A stretch of DNA of 63,500 nucleotides, the filler included, from Anaerolineae bacterium (GTDB lineage Bacteria > Chloroflexota > Anaerolineae > Epilineales > Epilineaceae): assembly GCA_029262755.1 (NCBI GenBank). It is 6 parts of 6 records of this genome, joined end to end, with 100 filler letters (N's around TTAATTAATTAA, not from the genome) between each part and the next. Parts side by side here need not be neighbours in the genome. Positions count along the whole stretch, not along the records: positions 25,243 to 50,994 come from JAJCYU010000359.1; 5 more parts are not named here. One strand, written 5' to 3'. Shown here in pieces: positions 40,920-49,910 of this stretch. Both the position numbers and the translations under genes were made by a program. The notes below the pieces were generated by a model. It had not been told where the DNA came from and made no database searches. It saw only the letters and a list, made by a program, of their open reading frames with translations. Each line of letters starts with the position of its first letter. Positions within the stretch are counted from its first letter, which is position 1.

Positions 40920-41516
40920 TTGGATATTCGATGGCACGGCGGAAGCTGTTTCTCTCTCTCTGCCTCGGGACACGCGTCCGTCTGGATCAATCCGGAACAA
41001 GAAACGCCGCCTGCGGACCTGGTGATTCGCACCGGGCGCGACAAAGAGCGCCTGCCGGCGGGCGGCGGCACGCCCTTCACCATCGACGGACCAGGTGAGT
41101 ACGAGTTTGAGGGCGTGTTCGTCATCGGGGTTGATGTGCCTCAGAGCACCGACGACGTGATGCGACGCATGGCATACACGGTGCGCTGGCAAGGGGTCAC
41201 CACGTGTATCGTCGGTCCGGATATGCGGCCACCCAACGAGCAGACGGCCGCGGAATTGGGCGAAGTCGATGTGCTGCTCGTTCCGCTCGGCGGCGCCGGC
41301 ATGTCCGCCGCGGTCGTGGCAGAGCTCGTCGGTCGCTTCGAACCGTCGATTGTGCTGCCGGCCCCCTTGGACGGGCTTGACTCCGATCCGGTGGTGAACT
41401 TTGTCAAAGAGATGGGTGCGGCCGGCTTGGAACCCACCGATCGATTCAATGCCCTTCCGAACCGGATGCCGGAGGACACGCAGGTGATTCTGCTGCGCCA
41501 ACACGGCGCGGCGTGA
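40920..41516 (+). CDS. MBL-fold (Lactamase_B_3-like) protein lacking metal ligands
   Basis: MDIRWHGGSCF, IDGPGEYE, LGEVDVLLVPLGG and EPSIVLP fit the family; HxHxDH is absent. Confidence 0.8.
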   Translation: MDIRWHGGSCFSLSASGHASVWINPEQETPPADLVIRTGRDKERLPAGGGTPFTIDGPGEYEFEGVFVIGVDVPQSTDDVMRRMAYTVRWQGVTTCIVGPDMRPPNEQTAAELGEVDVLLVPLGGAGMSAAVVAELVGRFEPSIVLPAPLDGLDSDPVVNFVKEMGAAGLEPTDRFNALPNRMPEDTQVILLRQHGAA

Positions 41517-42310
41517 TGAGAGAAGCGCCCAAGGCGCGTTTCTCCCTGCCTCCGACCATCGATTCTCAGCCACCGCTCGAGTTGGTCTTGTTCGATGCGG
41601 GCCATACGTTGATTCGCGACACGACGCCGCCGGGCCAGATCGCGCTCGCCGTATTGCGGAGTCACGGCGTTCACGTTGAACGCAGTGTCGCTGCGTCCGT
41701 GATGGCCGGCGCCATGGCCGATGTGTCGGACCAATGGCATTCCGGAGACTGGTGGCGTTCAGAACGCACCGTGCGCACGTTGTTTACGAGCAACTATCGG
41801 AAACACGTGGCTGAGCTCGACGGGTTGCGCGATCGTCAGGCGGACGTCGCGCCGATCGCGGACGACATCTACGACACCTACCAGGATCCGAGCCATTGGG
41901 GCGCCTTTGACGACGTGCCCGCAACCCTGACGCGGCTCGCCGAAGCCGGATTGCGCATGGGTATCGTCTCGGATTGGGGCCACGGTCTCGAGGCGATTCT
42001 ACTGGAGTTGGACGTGGGCGCGCACATGGAGTTCCTAGTCGCGTCGGCGCGACTCGGCGTCGCAAAGCCGGATCCGCGTGTGTTCGAGTTTGCCCTGGAA
42101 CGGGCGAACGTAGCGGCCGACCGCTGCGTCTATATCGGCGACACCTACGTCAAGGACATCATGGGCGCGCGGGCAGCAGGCATCGCAGCGGTCCTCTTGG
42201 ATCGCCGCCGCGATATGCCCCCGGTCGACTGCCCGGTCGTTCATGATCTGTTTGGTTTGCTGCGCTTGCTCGGGGTTCCGGCTTCGTCCAGGGTTGCGCA
42301 CGTCGCCTAG
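41513..42310 (+). CDS. HAD-IA family hydrolase
   Basis: LFDAGHTL, GIVSDW, KPDPRVF, YIGD..KDIMGA. Confidence 0.92.
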   Translation: MMREAPKARFSLPPTIDSQPPLELVLFDAGHTLIRDTTPPGQIALAVLRSHGVHVERSVAASVMAGAMADVSDQWHSGDWWRSERTVRTLFTSNYRKHVAELDGLRDRQADVAPIADDIYDTYQDPSHWGAFDDVPATLTRLAEAGLRMGIVSDWGHGLEAILLELDVGAHMEFLVASARLGVAKPDPRVFEFALERANVAADRCVYIGDTYVKDIMGARAAGIAAVLLDRRRDMPPVDCPVVHDLFGLLRLLGVPASSRVAHVA

Positions 42311-42475
42311 CGCGGCGCAGCGACCATGCCGCATTCGTTGCCCGCGTCGCTAGATCACTGCACATCGTCCGTTTGTGCCGCTTGGTCGGCGCTGTCATGC
42401 TCTTTTGCGAATCGTCGAGATTCGGGTGCCGTTCGACGTCCACCCCGTTGGTATGTAGGCCCAGGAGGAATCGTC

Positions 42476-43993
42476 ATGTCCGCGCTTCGAACCGTCTGCC
42501 GGCGCTGCACGTCGCGCATGGACGTCATTGGTTTCCCCGGCGCCGTGGCCCGCGCGCTGTGCGTACTCGGTTTGTTTGCTGGCGTGATCCTGTCCGGGCA
42601 GCAGACCTCCGTGTCGGGCCAGGAGGCACAGATTTTCGAGAGCCCACGCGTGTATCTCGCGTGGGCAGCACGTGACTATCACCTTGGCGATCTGCACCAT
42701 CCGATCGCCGTGGCCACGAGCGCAGCTCCCGCGAACACCGCGACGCCGGCCCCTACGGAAACGGGCGGCCCACCGCCGATCGCAACACCGCCCCTGTGCC
42801 AGACCGAACTCGATCGCAGGGTCTTCGGTCGCTCGATTCCGCTCGCGGAGGGCCTCACGGTGCAGCAGCCGGGTGGCCGCGGGTGGTCTACCCATCTTCC
42901 GATGATCACGGCCCCGGTCGACGACCGTGTAGCGTGGATCGGTTGGAGCGCCTCGGGCGAAGTCCGATACACACCGGTACTGGGCCTCGGACGGCGTGCG
43001 GGTGCCGATTTCGTTTATCCACGTGGGGAGTCCACGCACGGCGGCGTATCCATGCCCGGCGGAGGCGGAGCGGCGTTAATACGGCACGGACGTGTTATGT
43101 CGCTGGTCCGCTGGGATCCAGAGGGCCTCCTCATGTTCGACACAGAGCTAGTCGGCACCTCCGGTCGCGGGGCGGATGCCAAATGGATCGATGACTGGCC
43201 GCACGAGGGAAGGCTTGTCTTTGACCCGTCCGAGAACGTATTCGCGGCGTACTTCGGCCACACCCAGAATTTTGGCGCAGGCGGCGATCATCAAGGCGAC
43301 CTTCTTTGGCTCGTGGATCCCTGGGGCAACGTACTCGACGAAGCGGCGCGCGAACGATCGCCGCATCCTTCGTGGGATTGGGGTTGTAGCCACAGCATCG
43401 ACCTTCGAATGGTCCTCCATCCGCGCTTGGGTCGGCTGGGCACGGTGTGTCTCTCCGACTCCTTCCCTTCGCCCGGCTTCATCTTCGAGCAATCGCTGCT
43501 CATCAACCAGGAACCGTCCGCGGACGGCAACGGCAACGTGGACGCACTCCTCGGTGGGCTCGCTCCAGCGGAGGAAGGCTTCGCGCTGACCTACGTCTCG
43601 CGCGTAGGTCGCCGCTCCCTGGACGTCGCCCTACGCCGAATCTACGACGAAGAGAACGACATCGGGCCACCTTGGTGGCTCACGGATACGGACGATATCG
43701 ACGAGAGCTCCGCCCATCTCGCGCGCTACGGGGACGATCTGCTAGCCGGTTGGACGACCGGAAACAGCTTGCAGCTTGCCGTCGTGAGTCAGCGCGGCAA
43801 GATTCTTGAGGGACCGGTCGTGGTGGATGCCACGATCGCGCCGCGTGACGATTTCGTCGTCTACCCCAATGGTGACGTCGGCTGGAGCTTTGCCCGCGAC
43901 GCGCGGGATGCGCTGTGGAGCGCTCGGGTCACGTTGTGCCGGAGGCCACCTGCGCTTTCCCTGGCGTCCGAGGTCGAGAACGCGGCACGGTAG
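42476..43993 (+). CDS. Secreted hypothetical protein
   Basis: SD GGAGG; hydrophobic signal; VYLAW motif followed by a Pro/Thr linker and a beta-rich domain (WDWGCSHS). Confidence 0.7.
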   Translation: MSALRTVCRRCTSRMDVIGFPGAVARALCVLGLFAGVILSGQQTSVSGQEAQIFESPRVYLAWAARDYHLGDLHHPIAVATSAAPANTATPAPTETGGPPPIATPPLCQTELDRRVFGRSIPLAEGLTVQQPGGRGWSTHLPMITAPVDDRVAWIGWSASGEVRYTPVLGLGRRAGADFVYPRGESTHGGVSMPGGGGAALIRHGRVMSLVRWDPEGLLMFDTELVGTSGRGADAKWIDDWPHEGRLVFDPSENVFAAYFGHTQNFGAGGDHQGDLLWLVDPWGNVLDEAARERSPHPSWDWGCSHSIDLRMVLHPRLGRLGTVCLSDSFPSPGFIFEQSLLINQEPSADGNGNVDALLGGLAPAEEGFALTYVSRVGRRSLDVALRRIYDEENDIGPPWWLTDTDDIDESSAHLARYGDDLLAGWTTGNSLQLAVVSQRGKILEGPVVVDATIAPRDDFVVYPNGDVGWSFARDARDALWSARVTLCRRPPALSLASEVENAAR

Positions 43994-44193
43994 GCCCCGT
44001 CGAAAGTGCGCTTCCGCCGGATGAGCGGCGCGCTGAGGGTCGAAGGCGCAGCGCGGTCAGCGCGTAGCGGCCGCGTTCGGCGGAATGTCCTTGGAGTTCG
44101 CTGCTCGCGTCCCCGACCGGGCCACGGTATTCCCTGGCGCCGAAGAAACACCCCTCATGGGCGCGCGACCGTCTCCTGGTGAACGCGGAGCGG

Positions 44194-44256
44194 CGAACGG
44201 TGCACCCCGAACCGTGCACCCCGCACGGCGCACTTCGAACGGCGCACTCCGAACGG
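44194..44256. repeat. Heptamer/14-mer short tandem repeat (intergenic)
   Basis: CGAACGG TGCACCC CGAACCG TGCACCC CGCACGG CGCACTT CGAACGG CGCACTC CGAACGG. Confidence 0.8.
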
Positions 44257-44426
44257 CGAGCGCTCAGGGTCGGATCATCGTCTCCTCAGTTGGAACGGGG
44301 ACCCTGGCAGGGGTTGCGCGTCCTCGCCGCCACGATGTCCTTGGCCAGCGTACTCGTGCACCTTCTTCCCCCCCCGCAGTCATGTCTTCCGATGCAGCGA
44401 CGCAACCCTACGAGTGAGGCACGTCC

Positions 44427-46982
44427 ATGAAATTCGGTGACGTCATACCCTCCCCGGTTGCCCCCTACGTGCGATGCGCATGCGCCGCAGCAGCGCTACT
44501 AGGCGTTGGTCTCTTCGCCGGCAGTGCAGCGTCCCCTCACGTGGCGGCGGAACCGGCCTCGCGACCGGCAGCCCTAGCCCTAACCTCCGCGGGAGTCCAA
44601 GACCCCGACCGATGGACCACGATCGCACACGGCGATGAGATCCTTCATCTCGCGGCCCAGCCCGACAACAACCATATTCTGTGGTCGGGCACGGAAGGCG
44701 GCGGGCTAGTCGTCTGGGATCTGAAGCGGGGCGAATTCGAACAGTTCCTGAGGCCGAATCAGCCTGGAATGGCCGGCAACCAAGTATTCGATATCGCGTT
44801 CGAAGCCGGCGGCGCAGCCTGGCTCGCGACCGAGGGCGGAATGAGCCGCGTGCCGGCCGGTCGTCCTGTCTCGTCTGGGTGGCAGGCATGGAGTAGCGAG
44901 CAAGGACTGCCGAACGCCGCGTTGCACGCCGTTGCAATTGGTGCCGACGGGCGCATCTGGGCCGGTGGCCCGGAAGCCGGCTTGTTCGTGCTGTCGCCGG
45001 GCGCATCGCGGTGGGACGCGGTGGCGCCGGATCCCTTCCAGCCCGGGCTCGGGGGCACGTTCGACGGCCCCGGTGCCCGACCAGTCGCTTCGCTGGCGGT
45101 GGGCCGAGACGGGTTGCTCTGGGTAGCCCATGGCCGCAGCTCCGCCGAACAACCGGCGCTGTCGGTCTTCGAGCCCGAGCGCGGTGCCTGGCGCCACGTG
45201 GCGGCGATCGGTCCCGGCGATGATCCACGCGGCGGTCCCCGTAGCGCCGGCATCATCGACGTGGCAGTGGATCCACGCGATGGATCCGTCTGGGCCGCCA
45301 CGTGGGCGCGTGGTCTTGCCCGTCTGGTCAATTCCGCTTGGCAAACCTACGGGGAGGACGATGGACTGTGCGGCGACACCGTCGTTGCATTGACCACCGA
45401 TGGCGGCACGCTGTGGGCGGCATGCGGGGATACCAAGTCCGGCTACGGCGCCGCGCGTTGGGACGGCGAATCCTGGACCACCGAAACCGATCTCGAGACG
45501 AGCCGCATCACGACCATTGCGCCGGCCGGCGATACCGTGTGGTTGGGTTCCAATGGTCCGGGGCCTTCCGGTGAAGGAATATTGCCCGTGGGTGGCGGTG
45601 AGGCCCTGACAAGCCGCGGTGCAGCGCCGCCGGCTAACGAGATCACGGCGCTCGCGTTTGCGGACGACGGATCGGCGTGGGTCGGAACACGAAGCAGCGG
45701 CCTCGGTCGCTGGGACGCCGCCACGGACACCTGGCTTCACGTCACCGTGAACGGCACGCAGGGCGAACTGGCCGGCGACTTGATTACGGCTCTCGTCGTG
45801 CACGAGGACGCATTGTGGGTGGGTGCGACGAAGAGCCTGTATCGGGAGGGGCGCTGGCTGGATGGCGGCATCAGCGTCTTGGACGCCCGCACCGGCGCGG
45901 TGCGTCGCACCATCCGACCCGATGGCGTGCGCCTGCCGGACGGTGACATTGGCAGCCTCGTTGTCGACGGGAATGGGCAGATATGGATAGGGATGGGTCT
46001 TGCGGCGGGCGGCCCGGGAATCTCGGGCACGACGCATCACGGTGAAGGGCTCATACGGCATGATCCGATCACCGATTCATGGACGCGCGTCTCTACGGCG
46101 GATCGTCGTCCCGGCTGGGTAGGAGACACGATCGTGGGGCTGGCCGTGCAAGACGACGCGTTGTGGGCCGCCGCAAGCTTCCACCACGATGCCAACACGG
46201 GACAGCGAGCGGGCGGCGGAATGCTCCGCGGCGATCTCTCGGCCGGCTCGTGGCGCGGCTGGCGTGGTCGCGAGAACGGCTTGGCTACGTTCCGCGGCAC
46301 GGGGCTGCCGGGAAGCAAAGAGGCTCTCGTGACCGGTGACATGCGATCGGTCCATGTCGACACAGAAGGACGCGTGTGGGCCGGCAGCTTCGTGGCCGCG
46401 CGACCGGAAAGCCTGGCGACGACGTGGCCGTTTGTGGACGCGGTCGTCAACGAGTGGGACGGTGCACGGTGGCTGCCACGTCTCTTCGTCGGACAAGGGT
46501 GGGTATCGTCCATGAGCGATGACGGGGCCGGCCGCCTGTGGATCGGTGTGACGCGCGGCCACGCAGTTGCCGAGCTCACATTCTGGAGCGGCGCTCGTAT
46601 CGACGCTGCGAGCGGCGGCGTCCGAATTCTCGACGGCAGCGACCTCATATCGCTCGTTCCGCCCCACGACGGCCTAGCCGGTCGCGGCATCACCGCAATC
46701 GCGCGCGATCCGATTCATGGCGCCATGTGGGTCGGCAGCGAAAATGCCGGACTCTCCATCTATCGATCCCAAGGCTACTGGCCACCCGCCCCGCCGACGC
46801 CCCGCGTCAGCCCGACACCGCGGCCGGAGGCGACCGATGGTCCTGGACCGACACGGCCGCCTACGCTGACCCCCAGGGCCGCGTCGGCAACCCCAACGCG
46901 TTCGAGCGCAGCACGAGGATTGATCTGGCTTCCGATCACCCTTGCAAGGAGCCGATTCCAAACCATGCCCCCGGCTCGCTGA
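44427..46982 (+). CDS. Secreted multi-blade beta-propeller protein (Reg_prop-like repeats)
   Basis: Signal peptide; many DG.(L/I)W(V/A)GT..GL blades; Pro/Thr linker; terminal GLIWLPITLARSR. Confidence 0.85.
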   Translation: MKFGDVIPSPVAPYVRCACAAAALLGVGLFAGSAASPHVAAEPASRPAALALTSAGVQDPDRWTTIAHGDEILHLAAQPDNNHILWSGTEGGGLVVWDLKRGEFEQFLRPNQPGMAGNQVFDIAFEAGGAAWLATEGGMSRVPAGRPVSSGWQAWSSEQGLPNAALHAVAIGADGRIWAGGPEAGLFVLSPGASRWDAVAPDPFQPGLGGTFDGPGARPVASLAVGRDGLLWVAHGRSSAEQPALSVFEPERGAWRHVAAIGPGDDPRGGPRSAGIIDVAVDPRDGSVWAATWARGLARLVNSAWQTYGEDDGLCGDTVVALTTDGGTLWAACGDTKSGYGAARWDGESWTTETDLETSRITTIAPAGDTVWLGSNGPGPSGEGILPVGGGEALTSRGAAPPANEITALAFADDGSAWVGTRSSGLGRWDAATDTWLHVTVNGTQGELAGDLITALVVHEDALWVGATKSLYREGRWLDGGISVLDARTGAVRRTIRPDGVRLPDGDIGSLVVDGNGQIWIGMGLAAGGPGISGTTHHGEGLIRHDPITDSWTRVSTADRRPGWVGDTIVGLAVQDDALWAAASFHHDANTGQRAGGGMLRGDLSAGSWRGWRGRENGLATFRGTGLPGSKEALVTGDMRSVHVDTEGRVWAGSFVAARPESLATTWPFVDAVVNEWDGARWLPRLFVGQGWVSSMSDDGAGRLWIGVTRGHAVAELTFWSGARIDAASGGVRILDGSDLISLVPPHDGLAGRGITAIARDPIHGAMWVGSENAGLSIYRSQGYWPPAPPTPRVSPTPRPEATDGPGPTRPPTLTPRAASATPTRSSAARGLIWLPITLARSRFQTMPPAR

Positions 46983-47063
46983 ACGCTTACGCAACACCGG
47001 CGAATGAGGCCGCCTCGCCTCCGCTATACTCTCGCGGCCCTTCCCACCTCCAAGGATAATGTC

Positions 47064-48230
47064 ATGTCGCCGCTTCGCCTCGCCCATTTGCGCCCCCTGA
47101 CCTACCCAGCGTTCCTTGGGCAAGGTCCATCCCGCTTCGCGGCCGGCACCTTATTGGCCGCGAGCCTACTGGCAGGCTGCGGGCCGGACGCGACATCGCT
47201 TCCGGCCGCCGATGGCGACGAGACTTCCGTTGCAACGGTCGTGGTTGGAGCCGATGGCAATGCAGCAGCCGTCACGCCGAATCCCGCGGCAACGCCTCAG
47301 GTCCAGCCCGAGCCGACCGAATCAGACGCCGCCGTACTTGCGACGGAGATCGCGGCCAGGGAGCAGCCCGTCTATGCGCGCTCCCTGGGGCGCAACGGCT
47401 TCGAGGACGGGGAATTCCAGCTCCCCAACGCGATGGCGATCGACGATGCCGGAAAGATCTACGTGCTGGACACGACCGGCATCCAGATTTTCGACGAAGG
47501 CGGAACCTTCCTGCAGCGAATTTCGGACATGGCCATCGCGGGCGCCCAATCTATTGCGGTGGTGGGAGATGGATCCCGCATCTACGTCGGGGTGCGGCCA
47601 GGGCCGGGCATCGTGGGTGCTGCGGGTGTGGGGATCGTGGTGCTCGACGCGCAGGGCTCGGTCGTCTCGCGAATCGGCGAAGCAGGCAGTGAGGTCACGC
47701 AGCTTGCCTCGCCCGCCGCACTTGCGCTCGATTCAGCGGGCCGGCTGTATGTGGCCGATGCCAACAATCGGCGGGTTGAGGTCTTCACTCCCGAAGGCAG
47801 CCACGTGCGCACGATCGGCGAACCGGGCGAAGGCCGGGGGCAATTCACGTCCCCGCGCGCCCTCGCCTTCGACGCAGAGGGAAGGCTGTACGTCGGTCAG
47901 GGTGACACCTTCCTGGTTCAGCGTTTTGCAGCAGATGGGACCTACGAGGATACCTTCGGGCGCAGCTTGTCCGACGAAACGATTTTCCGCGTCGGAGGCG
48001 TCACCGTGGGACCGGATGGCCGAATCTACGTCGCGCGCTCGGCCAATCACTACGTGCAGGTGTTTGACGCGCGCGAGTTAGCGTGGCTCGGCGATCTCGG
48101 CGAGCTTGGCCGGGAGACGGGTACGTTCAACACGCCGCTAAAGCTGCTGACGCGGGGCGAGGAGTTGTTCGTCGTCGACCAGCAGAATCACCGCGTTCAA
48201 GTGTTCACCCTTCCCGCGCCGCGCCCCTAA
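47064..48230 (+). CDS. NHL-repeat lipoprotein
   Basis: Lipobox LLAGC; NHL repeats (GEFQLPNAMAID, LYVADANNRRVEVF, GQFTSPRALAFD). Confidence 0.92.
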   Translation: MSPLRLAHLRPLTYPAFLGQGPSRFAAGTLLAASLLAGCGPDATSLPAADGDETSVATVVVGADGNAAAVTPNPAATPQVQPEPTESDAAVLATEIAAREQPVYARSLGRNGFEDGEFQLPNAMAIDDAGKIYVLDTTGIQIFDEGGTFLQRISDMAIAGAQSIAVVGDGSRIYVGVRPGPGIVGAAGVGIVVLDAQGSVVSRIGEAGSEVTQLASPAALALDSAGRLYVADANNRRVEVFTPEGSHVRTIGEPGEGRGQFTSPRALAFDAEGRLYVGQGDTFLVQRFAADGTYEDTFGRSLSDETIFRVGGVTVGPDGRIYVARSANHYVQVFDARELAWLGDLGELGRETGTFNTPLKLLTRGEELFVVDQQNHRVQVFTLPAPRP

Positions 48231-48390
48231 GGGCGCGCCTAGTAATAAGATGACCGAACAAAGGGTGCCGAAGCGCCGCTCCAGGGGTCTGATGAGACGA
48301 GGTATTCGTGGAGCTAATGCTGAGCAACAGCAGGGCGCTGGTGCGGATGCAGCGGTATCCGACTTGGTCAGGTTGTTGTTGGACGGGCCC
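48231..48390. mobile_element. Candidate 160-bp MITE (or structured RNA) flanked by CTAA direct repeats
   Basis: CTAA at 48227-48230 and 48391-48394; imperfect 18-bp terminal IRs (12/18 match); internal hairpins; no ORF. Confidence 0.45.
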
Positions 48391-48587
48391 CTAAGGGCGT
48401 CTCAACGCGAGCAAGCGGTCTAGGCCGCTACGGTGGGGCATCCCCCCTCGCCCGCGGGCGGATCCACACCCCCGCGGCAGCAGATGACGGGTTCGTGGCG
48501 GATTTCCGCAGTCTAACGCTGGCATAGCCATTGCCTATCTGGTGTCGGCGCAGCCAAACGGCGCCCATTACCAACCTAGGGCAATTG

Positions 48588-48641
48588 GAAGAAACGAACG
48601 AGGCCGCAGCGCACGAACGGCAGTTCGCGCTGCGACCTCGT
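48588..48641 (-). terminator. Probable intrinsic terminator of ssb
   Basis: Long GC stem 48598-48641 followed on the minus strand by TCGTTTCTTC. Confidence 0.7.
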
Positions 48642-48699
48642 CACAATGCCACCGGACCATGGGCGCCACGATCGAAGAATCATCGCGGGCCGTCACGAT

Positions 48700-49113
48700 C
48701 TAGAAGGGTATGTCGTCCTCGGCGACCGCACCCGCGGGAGCGGCGCCTTCGGAACGCTCTTCGTACGCCGCTCCGCCGCCCTTCTCTCCCTGGCCGCCCA
48801 GGAACTTCACCACGGCAGCGCGCAATTCCCAACTGTGGCGCTCGACGCCGTTCTGGTCGGTGTAGGTGCTGGTGCGGATATCCCCGTCGCAAAGGACGGT
48901 CCGCCCCTTCTGCAGGTACTGGTTGCAGATCTCCGCTTGTCGGCCAAAGACGCTGACGCGGAACCAGGTGGTCTCTTCCTGCATGTTGCCGTCGTTGTCG
49001 GACCACTTGCGGTTGGTCGCGACCGGGAAGTTGGCTACAGGCGTGCCGCTCGCCGTGTAGCGCATCTCCGGATCACGCCCCAGATTGCCCACGATGACCG
49101 TGCGCTGATACAT
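48700..49113 (-). CDS. ssb: Single-stranded DNA-binding protein
   Basis: VGNLGRDPEMRYT, TTWFRV, C-terminal DDIPF. Confidence 0.97.
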   Translation of the reverse strand: MYQRTVIVGNLGRDPEMRYTASGTPVANFPVATNRKWSDNDGNMQEETTWFRVSVFGRQAEICNQYLQKGRTVLCDGDIRTSTYTDQNGVERHSWELRAAVVKFLGGQGEKGGGAAYEERSEGAAPAGAVAEDDIPF

Positions 49114-49204
49114 CGTTCACTCCTTGCTTGTAAATCGTGGGTGACAGGTGCTTCGTGAACACCGTTCCGGTCCGCCGTCTGGTTGCAACACCGGAAGCCG
49201 AACT

Positions 49205-49255
49205 AGAACATGCATTCTAGACCGAGAAGTATACCGCGCAGCGACCTGATGTCAA
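49205..49255 (-). promoter_or_regulatory. ssb sigma70 promoter with LexA-like box
   Basis: Minus strand TTGACA (49255-49250)-N16-TATACT (49233-49228); AGAACATGCATTCT (49205-49218) is one mismatch from AGAAC-N4-GTTCT. Confidence 0.65.
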
Positions 49256-49282
49256 CCTACTCGGCCGCTTGTCAGCGATTCC

Positions 49283-49356
49283 TGTGGACAAATCATCAAC
49301 AGGGGCTGAAGTACGGCCGATCCAGCTGTGGATAACTAAAGCTTAAAATATCCCCA
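49283..49356. promoter_or_regulatory. Cluster of DnaA boxes
   Basis: TGTGGATAA (49327-49335, perfect), TGTGGACAA (49283-49291, 1 mismatch), weaker TCATCAACA (49293-49301) and ATATCCCCA (49348-49356). Confidence 0.6.
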
Positions 49357-49362
49357 AAGGCC

Positions 49363-49428
49363 TTGCGACGTGTTGCTACATCCCCGTACAATGAGGGCGA
49401 GAAGTGGGAGACAGTGGGGAATGGTGGG
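49363..49428 (+). promoter_or_regulatory. mraZ/dcw promoter with MraZ-binding repeats
   Basis: TTGCGA-N18-TACAAT, then GTGGG at 49404, 49414 and 49424 (10-bp period). Confidence 0.85.
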
Positions 49429-49484
49429 ACAATCGGGTTTCACCCCCCTGATCCGACGTAGTCCGGTGGGGGCCGGTGGAGACC

Positions 49485-49910
49485 ATGTTCCACGGCGAAT
49501 ACTCGTACAGCCTAGACGACAAGGGGCGCGTGATCGTACCGAAGGTACATCGCGAGGCCTTCTCGGATGGCGTCTATCTGACGCGTGGGCTAGAGCGCTG
49601 TGTCTGGGTGTTCCCGCTTGCGACGTGGCAGGAGCTCAGCGGCAAGTTGAGCCACGATGGACTCGGGTCCTCTGCGGCACGAGGCGTCGATCGCTTGCTG
49701 TATACGGGAACCGAGTTGCAATTGGACAAACAGGGACGCGTCACGGTGCCGGACTATCTGCGCGATCATGCCTCGCTGGCGCCGGGAGACTCCGCGTCGG
49801 TGCTCGGGGTAAAGAATCGTCTGGAACTCTGGAACCCATCTCGATGGCGCGCGCACTCGGCACAGATGATGAGCCGGCTCGACGACGATCTATCGCGGAT
49901 GGGACTGTGA
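49485..49910 (+). CDS. mraZ: Transcriptional regulator MraZ
   Basis: MFHGEY..LDDKGRV, LTRGLERC, LDKQGRV, RLELWN. Confidence 0.97.
   Translation: MFHGEYSYSLDDKGRVIVPKVHREAFSDGVYLTRGLERCVWVFPLATWQELSGKLSHDGLGSSAARGVDRLLYTGTELQLDKQGRVTVPDYLRDHASLAPGDSASVLGVKNRLELWNPSRWRAHSAQMMSRLDDDLSRMGL

Noticed and set aside
11166..44263. Short tandem arrays (11166, 21649, 23193, 44194) as possible CRISPR
   Set aside because: Units are contiguous with no unique spacers, are too short, and no cas genes are present.
48289..48315. CTGATGA followed by a small stem, resembling a hammerhead ribozyme core
   Set aside because: The required GAAA after stem II is absent (GGAG instead), and no matching stem III or cleavage triplet was found.
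48231..48600. tmRNA or RNase P RNA in the NHL-ssb intergenic region
   Set aside because: No GAGGAAAGTCC hallmark and no tRNA-like TTCGA..CCA end seen on either strand.
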